NCBI RefSeq assembly: GCF_024502345.1 | Contig: NZ_JALDNN010000001.1 | Length of the DNA stretch: 64,000 bases | Source: Escherichia coli | GTDB lineage: Bacteria; Pseudomonadota; Gammaproteobacteria; Enterobacterales; Enterobacteriaceae | Reading direction: 5' to 3' (one strand) | Shown: in pieces, positions 25,324-33,726 of the stretch | Numbering within the stretch: the first letter of the stretch is position 1 | Layout: every line of letters starts with the position of its first letter | Notes under the pieces: generated by a model | The model's input: the letters and a program-made list of their open reading frames with translations, nothing else | Databases searched by the model: none | What the model was told of the DNA's origin: nothing | Translations under genes and position numbers: made by a program

Positions 25324-27012
25324 TTACAAATAGAGATAGTTCAGCGGTTCTCCTGTTTTCCCTAAAAGAAGAGCGCTACGCCCAGGAATATTGATATTTA
25401 GAGTTCCGCCTCTAAGCATAAATGCTTTACCAGGGGGGATAATTTTTCGGGTATTATTAATAATAATGTTAACGCTATTACTCCCCATGTTTTTATATTT
25501 TCCAGGTTGCAATTTGTTAGGCCAGGCACCTTCAACTTCTTCGTTTCCTTTATTTATTATAACTAGTCCATCATGAGGAGAGTGATTAATGTTCACCGAA
25601 TCCCCACGACTAAAGGCCAGAACGTTTTTAGTTGCAAATACACCCTCAAATGCGCTCCATATTCCTGCTTTATCTATATATAATGCGTGGAATTCATTGT
25701 AGAGCTGCTGATAGGTAGAGCAACCTTTATTAAGCCACGCCTCACCGCCGACACGCGTCGACCCATCATAATTTTTAATTTCAGTCGTTGATTTTAATAC
25801 TTGGCCATCCCAGTAAACTAAAGGCCTGCTGAACGGGAGAGCGGCCATATATGCCATTGCTAATTGTTCATCTTGTTGATGGTTAAATAGAAAGTCATTG
25901 AAAAGATTGCCATTGTTAGGAAAAACGTGGTTAATGTTAATCAATATCCGTCTTTTTGATGGGATGCTTGAGATTGTTGAACCCGGTTTTGATGCAAGGG
26001 TTTGGAGATCGCCACCAAATGAAAAAGCTTTTATCGTCTTCATGAGCAATGAAAAATCAATGGCGCTTAAATCATCTCTTTCATAAAGCAGCGATGACAT
26101 TTGTTGTTCATCCAACTGACAAGTTACCAGATATTCCATGTAATTCATAACGGCTTTTTCATGATATTTTGGGTTAAATAAGTTAGTATTGTGTAATCGC
26201 TCATTATAATTTTTAAGCGGTGGGGTTATTGATCTTTCTATTTGTTCATGTTTTGAGTGTTTTGCCGCATCATAACGTAAACCTCGTACGCCATATTTTC
26301 GCATTTCACGAACGTATTGATTTTGCAGCATAATAACCTGGTCACTTTTGGGGGTTGTTTTAGGCATTCCATTTAAACGCTTTTCTTTTAATGCATGGAG
26401 GTTTTCCCATTCATCCTTAGAAATATTATCTTTACTTGCTTCGAAGTCTTTTGCAGTGAGATGTATATCTTCTGGATGGATTTGTTTACGTTCTTTTGTT
26501 ACTGGATCTATAGTAAATGGAATCAAAACCTGACCTTGCCAATAGCCAGGGATACCACCTTCTATATCTTTACTGATCTTCGCTCGTATATCAGCAGAGG
26601 GATAATCCAGGTCATTTTTACCACTACCCCCGATTCCCATAAAGTTAAAGGTATAATCAGGAATGATATCGATACCAAATTTTTTAGCATCTTTAACCAA
26701 TGCGATAAAATCCTGCAAATCTCCCATTGGATTATGGATGGTACAAAGATCTTCGGGTTGATAAGCGTGAAACCAGTAACCTTTTTCTTCTTCGGGAGTT
26801 TCTGGTCCGTCGGCGCGGAAAGTTGTCACTGGAGGGATTTGTATATACCCATAATGGCAACGTGCAAACTCAGACATATTTTCCCTGATTTGCTGGTAGG
26901 TGGCATTAAAAGCATGAAGAATCGCTTCGCCAGGTTTTTTGGGGGTGATGATTTCACATTGTGATTTCTGAACAGCAGTAAGGGATTTACGCTCAAGTGT
27001 TTGCCGTAGATG
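25324..27012 (-). pseudogene. ygaQ: YgaQ-like glycoside-hydrolase-family protein, N-terminally truncated by IS3
   Basis: 517 aa ORF (25324-26877) with no upstream partner; coding region abuts IS3 left end at 27013. Confidence 0.7.
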
Positions 27013-27068
27013 TGATCTTACCCAGCAATAGTGGACACGCGGCTAAGTGAGTAAACTCTCAGTCAGAG

Positions 27069-27377
27069 GTGACTCACATGACAAAAACAGTATCAACCAG
27101 TAAAAAACCCCGTAAACAGCATTCGCCTGAATTTCGCAGTGAAGCCCTGAAGCTTGCTGAACGCATCGGTGTTACTGCCGCAGCCCGTGAACTCAGCCTG
27201 TATGAATCACAGCTCTACAACTGGCGCAGTAAACAGCAAAATCAGCAGACGTCTTCTGAACGTGAACTGGAGATGTCTACCGAGATTGCACGTCTCAAAC
27301 GCCAGCTGGCAGAACGGGATGAAGAGCTGGCTATCCTCCAAAAGGCCGCGACATACTTCGCGAAGCGCCTGAAATGA
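27069..27377 (+). CDS. insE: IS3 transposase OrfA (InsE)
   Basis: ...[53 protein letters not shown]...; probable true start at the second Met. Confidence 0.9.
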   Translation: MTHMTKTVSTSKKPRKQHSPEFRSEALKLAERIGVTAAARELSLYESQLYNWRSKQQNQQTSSERELEMSTEIARLKRQLAERDEELAILQKAATYFAKRLK

Positions 27378-28240
27378 AGTATGTCTTTATTGAAAAACAT
27401 CAGGCTGAGTTCAGCATCAAAGCAATGTGCCGCGTGCTCCGGGTGGCCCGCAGCGGCTGGTATACGTGGTGTCAGCGGCGGACAAGGATAAGCACGCGTC
27501 AGCAGTTCCGCCAACACTGCGACAGCGTTGTCCTCGCGGCTTTTACCCGGTCAAAACAGCGTTACGGTGCCCCACGCCTGACGGATGAACTGCGTGCTCA
27601 GGGTTACCCCTTTAACGTAAAAACCGTGGCGGCAAGCCTGCGCCGTCAGGGACTGAGGGCAAAGGCCTCCCGGAAGTTCAGCCCGGTCAGCTACCGCGCA
27701 CACGGCCTGCCTGTGTCAGAAAATCTGTTGGAGCAGGATTTTTACGCCAGTGGCCCGAACCAGAAGTGGGCAGGAGACATCACGTACTTACGTACAGATG
27801 AAGGCTGGCTGTATCTGGCAGTGGTCATTGACCTGTGGTCACGTGCCGTTATTGGCTGGTCAATGTCGCCACGCATGACGGCGCAACTGGCCTGCGATGC
27901 CCTGCAGATGGCGCTGTGGCGGCGTAAGAGGCCCCGGAACGTTATCGTTCACACGGACCGTGGAGGCCAGTACTGTTCAGCAGATTATCAGGCGCAACTG
28001 AAGCGGCATAATCTGCGTGGAAGTATGAGCGCAAAAGGTTGCTGCTACGATAATGCCTGCGTGGAAAGCTTCTTTCATTCGCTGAAAGTGGAATGTATCC
28101 ATGGAGAACACTTTATCAGCCGGGAAATAATGCGGGCAACGGTGTTTAATTATATCGAATGTGATTACAATCGGTGGCGGCGGCACAGTTGGTGTGGCGG
28201 CCTCAGTCCGGAACAATTTGAAAACCAGAACCTCGCTTAG
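27374..28240 (+). CDS. insF: IS3 transposase OrfB (InsF), DDE
   Basis: 288 aa [35 protein letters not shown]... Confidence 0.9.
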   Translation: MKYVFIEKHQAEFSIKAMCRVLRVARSGWYTWCQRRTRISTRQQFRQHCDSVVLAAFTRSKQRYGAPRLTDELRAQGYPFNVKTVAASLRRQGLRAKASRKFSPVSYRAHGLPVSENLLEQDFYASGPNQKWAGDITYLRTDEGWLYLAVVIDLWSRAVIGWSMSPRMTAQLACDALQMALWRRKRPRNVIVHTDRGGQYCSADYQAQLKRHNLRGSMSAKGCCYDNACVESFFHSLKVECIHGEHFISREIMRATVFNYIECDYNRWRRHSWCGGLSPEQFENQNLA

Positions 28241-28324
28241 GCCTGTGTCCATATTACGTGGGTAGGATCATAATGCTTTGGTTGCTGGCGTATCTGACAG
28301 CTTCTTCGGCGTGAAGGTCGTTGT

Positions 28325-29381
28325 GGCTTTGTTGAATAAATCAGATTTCGGGTAAGTCTCCCCCGTAGCGGGTTGTGTTTTCAGGCAATACGCACGCTTT
28401 CAGGCATACCTGCTTTCGTCATTTTGTTCAGCGCTCGTACCAGGGCCATAGCCTCTGCAACCTGACCATCGTAGTCACGCAGTGTCAGTGAACCCCCGAA
28501 CAGCTGTTTTACCCGGTACATCGCCGTTTCCGCTATCGAGCGACGGTTGTAATCTGTTGTCCATTTCCACCGCGCATTACTCCCGGTCATTCGCTGATTA
28601 GCCACTGCACGGTTACGGTCTGCATATTCACCGGGCCAGTAACCCGCACCTTTTCGGGGAGGGATAAGCGCGCTGATTTTCTTACGCCGCAGTTCATCGT
28701 GACATAGCCGGGTATCGTAAGCGCCATCGGCGGCGGCTGACCTGATTTTCCGGTGGGTTTGCCGGATTAACCCGGGGAAGGCCTCTGAGTCCGTAACGTT
28801 GTTCAGCGACAGGTCAGCGCAGATGATTTCATGTGTTTTACTGTCAACGGCGAGATGCAGCTTACGCCAGATACGGCGGCGTTCCTGGCCATGCTTTTTG
28901 ACTTTCCACTCGCCTTCACCGAAGACCTTCAGCCCGGTGGAATCAATTACCAGGTGTGCGATTTCACCCCGGGTGGGCGTTTTGAAACTGACATTAACCG
29001 ACTTTGCCCGCCTGCTGACACAGCTGTAATCCGGGCAGCGTAGCGGAACGTTCATCAGAGAAAAAATGGAATCAATAAAGCCCTGCGCAGCGCGCAGGGT
29101 CAGCCTGAATACGCGTTTAATGACCAGCACAGTCGTGATGGCAAGGTCAGAATAGCGCTGAGGTCTGCCTCGTGAAGAAGGTGTTGCTGACTCATACCAG
29201 GCCTGAATAGCTTCATCATCCAGCCAGAAAGTTATGGAGCCACGGTTGATGAGGGCTTTATTGTAGGTGGGCCAGTTGGTGATTTTGAACTTTTGCTTTG
29301 CCACGGAACGGTCTGCGTTGTCGGGAAGATACGTGATCTGATCCTTCAACTCAGCAAAAGTTCGATTTATTCAACAAAGCC
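28325..29381 (-). mobile_element. IS903-family element, complete (1057 bp)
   Basis: 18-bp terminal inverted repeats GGCTTTGTTGAATAAATC at both ends; flanking 9-mers differ (GGTCGTTGT vs TGTCCCCAT). Confidence 0.93.
28381..29349 (-). CDS. IS903-family DDE transposase
   Basis: 322 aa track ORF; YREK-type signature (YNRRSIAETAMYRVKQ); true start may be an internal GTG. Confidence 0.9.
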   Translation of the reverse strand: MKDQITYLPDNADRSVAKQKFKITNWPTYNKALINRGSITFWLDDEAIQAWYESATPSSRGRPQRYSDLAITTVLVIKRVFRLTLRAAQGFIDSIFSLMNVPLRCPDYSCVSRRAKSVNVSFKTPTRGEIAHLVIDSTGLKVFGEGEWKVKKHGQERRRIWRKLHLAVDSKTHEIICADLSLNNVTDSEAFPGLIRQTHRKIRSAAADGAYDTRLCHDELRRKKISALIPPRKGAGYWPGEYADRNRAVANQRMTGSNARWKWTTDYNRRSIAETAMYRVKQLFGGSLTLRDYDGQVAEAMALVRALNKMTKAGMPESVRIA

Positions 29382-29480
29382 TGTCCCCATTTGTAAATGG
29401 CTATGCTTAGTCCACATAGGTTAATGGTGTGATTATTAATTCTTTAACTAAATCAAGATAGTTAATGCATCATGGGAGAG

Positions 29481-29900
29481 TTATGCGGCAATAACTTTGC
29501 ATTTTTGAGACGAAACATAGTCACTCCACCATTGCATGAGAACCACCCGTTCAGTGAGATACTCTGCACGATTGTAGGCTGCAATTATTTCATCTTTCTT
29601 CGAGTGGGCAAGGGCGGCTTCTAAGACATCAGTCCTAAACTTGCCAGACTCCTCAGCAGCCGTTCTAGCAATGGATCGCATACCGTGAGCTACAAGCTCA
29701 CCTCCGAAACCCATACGGATTATGGCCGCATTAGCTGTTTGTTCATGCATGTGATTGAGTGGAGCTTTGATACTGGGGAACACCCACTCTCTATGCCCGC
29801 TGATGACTTTCATTAAATCCAAAACTCGCAAAGCTTCTTTGCTCAGTGGAACTTTGTGAGGCTTCTTCATTTTCATAAACTCCGCCGGGATGTTCCACAT
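29481..29900 (-). pseudogene. Tyrosine integrase, 3' fragment (C-terminal ~139 aa)
   Basis: Aligns with the C-terminus of the intact integrase at 45621-46862 (...HGMRSIARTAA...ALAHSKKDEIIAAYNRAEYLTERVVLMQWWSDYV); no upstream integrase-coding sequence; AT-rich. Confidence 0.75.
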
Positions 29901-30062
29901 GCCAGTTTCAATATCAATAGCCGCCTTTCGACGGTGTAGTGGGGAGAGTATTGCTTACAAACGTAATGAAATTGTTTGAGTAGCTAGGCTACTGCATAGG
30001 ATTATTTTGTTCTGTTAATATATCCGTTAATATAGATAGATTGATCCAATTGAGTTTAAGGA

Positions 30063-31772
30063 ATGAGTATGTTTCAGATATCAGCTGGAGTGTTCTTTGA
30101 TTTAGATAAAATAGAAAAACACGATGGCGCATTTGTTTTTTATTCAAATGTTGATGTGTCTTTCTCGGTGGAAAACACCTCCCCTCTTTTTAAAGCAAAT
30201 AAAATAAGTCATGATGGTATAAACTGTTATGTGGTAAACTATACTCTCCTGACCGAAAAACCAGAACGAATTGAAGCTGGAGTCGTAGTTAGGGCTGGTG
30301 ATGAGGATTATAGGCAACAATTTATTTTATTATGGGAATTCTATTTTGATTGTGTGGCTAGAGTAGAAAAAGAATCGGTTAAAAAAATATGTGCATTATC
30401 AAATTTTAATAAACATCACTCAAAAATTGCGCTTGAAGTTGCCCCATATTTAGTGGAGATTAACCGAAGAGTTTCATTTGATGATGTCTCTGGGTTTTCT
30501 GCTTTTATTAAAGATGTAGTGAATCTAAATAGATCTGCCTTTAAATCTTTAATGGCAGCGTTAAAAATAATTAGTGATTCAAAAGAATCATTGTCAACCA
30601 ACTTTGACCTGACTTATTCCATGTTAGTCTATGCCTTGGAGTCTTTGTCTCAAAGAAATGATAACTATAAGTCTGATTGGGATGACTACGATCAAAAAAC
30701 CAGAGGTGAATTAGAGTCTGTATTTGAGCATATGCCTGGTGAGGATGTTTGTAAAATTAAATCAATACTTATTGAAGGCAAACAATTCAGATTACAAAAA
30801 AGGTTCAAAGATTTTATACTGAAAAATCTTGAAGAAAATTATTTCAATGAAACAGAGAGATATCCAATCCGCTATAGCTTCCTTAGTAGAGCTTTAGATA
30901 ATTTATACAAAATCAGGTCTTCTTTTGTCCATGAGCTTAAGCCACTTGATGCAATGATCTCGAAAGCCTACAATCCTGTTGGTGATTGTCTGGTTCTTTT
31001 TGGCGAACCTCACTTCAGTTACTCTGGATTGCTTCGACTTCTTCGCCATGTGATAATAAATTTTTGCCGTAAAAACTACAGTCAAAAAAGAGAGTATGTT
31101 AATTGGGTGATGGAAACATCGGGTGTAATGGTTGCAGAGATATCTGCACAATATTGGCTCTGGAATGCAGACGGATTTACAGCTAAAAGTATAGCGAAGT
31201 GGTTTAGTGAATACCTAAATATGTTAAATTTAGGCGAAGTCACTGATTTGCAGTCTATCATGGACAAAATTGAGATAATCTATGACCAATCCAAAAAAGA
31301 ATATAAAAATGGGTTGTTGTATTTTTATTTCTTATATAACTTAATGCATAATGGAAATAAGGGTGAATGGCTTGAGTTTGCGAACAAGCGAAGTTCTATA
31401 CTTGTTTGTGATATATATTGGTATTCATGCTCTCCATATTTATATAAATCATTTACTAATGTTTCAAATGGTATTGCTGATATAAAAACATTGAGAAACT
31501 TTTTGTCTTGTTTTAACGAATATGATAAAAATAAATTTAAGCCAAATCGTTTAAATCTCCCTGCAATGACCGAAGTAATTATGTTGGCTTGCGCAGCAAA
31601 TTCATTCTTCAGAATTGGAATGTATCAAGACTATGTTTTAATGGGCAATAGAGCGATGAGAGAAATTGCTTCAGTAAAAGATGTATTTTATTATATAAAA
31701 GAACGATTAAGTAATTCACAACTTATTGAATTGGACGAGTGCTTGAGATTGTATAGAAAAAAAGGGGGCTAA
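30063..31772 (+). CDS. Hypothetical protein, 569 aa, AT-rich, no family recognised
   Basis: Single long ORF with strong AT bias; GAGT-containing RBS-like sequence before the ATG; bracketed by integrase 3' remnants and inverted IS903 copies. Confidence 0.75.
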   Translation: MSMFQISAGVFFDLDKIEKHDGAFVFYSNVDVSFSVENTSPLFKANKISHDGINCYVVNYTLLTEKPERIEAGVVVRAGDEDYRQQFILLWEFYFDCVARVEKESVKKICALSNFNKHHSKIALEVAPYLVEINRRVSFDDVSGFSAFIKDVVNLNRSAFKSLMAALKIISDSKESLSTNFDLTYSMLVYALESLSQRNDNYKSDWDDYDQKTRGELESVFEHMPGEDVCKIKSILIEGKQFRLQKRFKDFILKNLEENYFNETERYPIRYSFLSRALDNLYKIRSSFVHELKPLDAMISKAYNPVGDCLVLFGEPHFSYSGLLRLLRHVIINFCRKNYSQKREYVNWVMETSGVMVAEISAQYWLWNADGFTAKSIAKWFSEYLNMLNLGEVTDLQSIMDKIEIIYDQSKKEYKNGLLYFYFLYNLMHNGNKGEWLEFANKRSSILVCDIYWYSCSPYLYKSFTNVSNGIADIKTLRNFLSCFNEYDKNKFKPNRLNLPAMTEVIMLACAANSFFRIGMYQDYVLMGNRAMREIASVKDVFYYIKERLSNSQLIELDECLRLYRKKGG

Positions 31773-31932
31773 CCCCTTTTATTTTTAACGTATTCTCCCC
31801 ACCAATCCATCAATTCAATTCGCTGCACGAGATAAGTAGAACGATTGTATGCTTTTCTAACTTCATTTTTATCACTGTGGGCTAAGGCAGACTCGATAAC
31901 ATCAGGATTTAATCCAGCTTCATTCATGGCTG
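31769..31932 (-). pseudogene. Tyrosine integrase, 3' remnant (~50 codons), truncated by IS903
   Basis: Reverse strand translates ...AMNEAGLNPDVIESALAHSDKNEVRKAYNRSTYLVQRIELMDWWGEYVKNKRG*; abuts IS903 end at 31933. Confidence 0.55.
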
Positions 31933-32673
31933 GGCTTTGTTGAATAAATCGAACTTTTGCTGAGTTGAAGGATCAGATCACGTATCTTCCCGACAACGCA
32001 GACCGTTCCGTGGCAAAGCAAAAGTTCAAAATCACCAACTGGCCCACCTACAATAAAGCCCTCATCAACCGTGGCTCCATAACTTTCTGGCTGGATGATG
32101 AAGCTATTCAGGCCTGGTATGAGTCAGCAACACCTTCTTCACGAGGCAGACCTCAGCGCTATTCTGACCTTGCCATCACGACTGTGCTGGTCATTAAACG
32201 CGTATTCAGGCTGACCCTGCGCGCTGCGCAGGGCTTTATTGATTCCATTTTTTCTCTGATGAACGTTCCGCTACGCTGCCCGGATTACAGCTGTGTCAGC
32301 AGGCGGGCAAAGTCGGTTAATGTCAGTTTCAAAACGCCCACCCGGGGTGAAATCGCACACCTGGTAATTGATTCCACCGGGCTGAAGGTCTTCGGTGAAG
32401 GCGAGTGGAAAGTCAAAAAGCATGGCCAGGAACGCCGCCGTATCTGGCGTAAGCTGCATCTCGCCGTTGACAGTAAAACACATGAAATCATCTGCGCTGA
32501 CCTGTCGCTGAACAACGTTACGGACTCAGAGGCCTTCCCCGGGTTAATCCGGCAAACCCACCGGAAAATCAGGTCAGCCGCCGCCGATGGCGCTTACGAT
32601 ACCCGGCTATGTCACGATGAACTGCGGCGTAAGAAAATCAGCGCGCTTATCCCTCCCCGAAAAGGTGCGGGTT
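31933..32673 (+). mobile_element. IS903-family element, truncated second copy (~741 bp), inverted relative to copy 1
   Basis: Starts with GGCTTTGTTGAATAAATCGAACTTTTGCTGAG; identical to copy 1 up to ...AAAGGTGCGGGTT, then diverges into the yfjP-like fragment. Confidence 0.9.
31965..32673 (+). pseudogene. IS903-family transposase, C-terminally truncated
   Basis: First ~236 codons identical to the copy-1 transposase; track ORF continues in unrelated out-of-frame sequence. Confidence 0.8.
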
Positions 32674-33094
32674 GCATCACACCGTTCCAGAACTGCTCGT
32701 CCACCGACAGCGCACGGTCATCAGCTTTGATGACCCACAGCACCAGGTCAAGCTCTGGCAGCATACGCCGGTACAGGGCGCGGTATTCATGGTCCCGTTG
32801 TCCGTTCTCTCCCACGCCCGGTAAATCAACAATCACCAGACTGTGACGACCACTGCGCAGCCGGAAGCGCAGTATGTCGCGGGTGCAGGCGTTCACATCA
32901 CTGACGGCGGAGACTTCCCCCCGAAAGAGTTCGTTACAGAGCGACGACTTACCGGCACCACTCTTGCCCATGATGCCAATCACCGGCTCGTAGTGGGTCA
33001 GATTCTGAATACGTTCAAGAATAAGCTGGCGAAGCGTATCGGGAAGCGACGCCAGCGGTTTTTCCAGGGCCTGAAGGCCATCAGTTTTATTCAT
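32674..33094 (-). pseudogene. yfjP: YfjP/YkfA/YeeP-family GTPase, N-terminal fragment
   Basis: MNKTDGLQALEKPLASLPDTLRQLILERIQNLTHYEPVIGIMGKSGAGKSSLCNELF... (P-loop GKSGAGKS); cut short at the IS903 junction. Confidence 0.75.
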
Positions 33095-33726
33095 ACAGGG
33101 TTCTCAGCGTGAAAAACAAAAATCCCCGCGCTCCGGTCAGGGAGGCGGGGGATTCACGGAGATAATATCTATCTGAATTTATTTAGAATATAAGCAGGCT
33201 CATGTAACTGTAGCAGTGTCAACTTTACATCACAGCTCATGTTGGCTGGTGGTATTTTGCCAATAGTAGACATTTACGCCTAGGTTTAGATATCGAAATT
33301 AGTACACCAATATAGATACAGCAAAGAGGGAACTGATTTGTCTGCGCGAGACTAGAACCGTTGCCCCCTGTGGTTCGATGGATTGCAGGAAAATCATTTC
33401 CGGTGCTGAAGAGAGCCTCCGATACAACCTGAGAATATTTTAAGAACATCAAAATGAATGACGTAATTTACTCAAAGGCGATTGCCTAATATGTCATGAT
33501 ATTAGTAGCATTTAATTGCGTGAAAGTTTGTATATTCTTTTGAATTTATCTCAAAGCTAAAACCTCGTCAAAAATACACAAAAGGGTTTTGAGAAACAAG
33601 AGCCTGATGCTGAATCTGCTACAGAGCTGGGTTCTGTTCTGTTAAACTTGCGGTTAAAAATTTCCAAGAAAACCTAGGATATGACATGAGTTCACTGCAC
33701 ACCAGTAGTAGCAGCAGGGCGGTCAC

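Larger units (their letters stand above)
27013..28270 (+). mobile_element. IS3, complete (1258 bp)
   Basis: Begins TGATCTTACCCAGCAATAGTGGACACGCGG and ends GCCTGTGTCCATATTACGTGGGTAGGATCA; flanking 3-bp ATG/TAA do not match. Confidence 0.95.

Noticed and set aside
26395-26964. 189-aa ORF on the + strand
   Set aside because: Antisense to the ygaQ-like coding region; no RBS or recognisable protein features.
28799-29043. 70-76 aa + strand ORFs inside IS903 copy 1, with identical ORFs inside copy 2 at 32271-32515
   Set aside because: Antisense ORFs within the transposase gene, duplicated only because the IS is duplicated.
33237-33452. 71-aa ORF on the - strand in the leader upstream of the methyltransferase operon
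   Set aside because: No RBS, no recognisable sequence features, AT-rich intergenic context; kept only as part of the non-coding leader observation.
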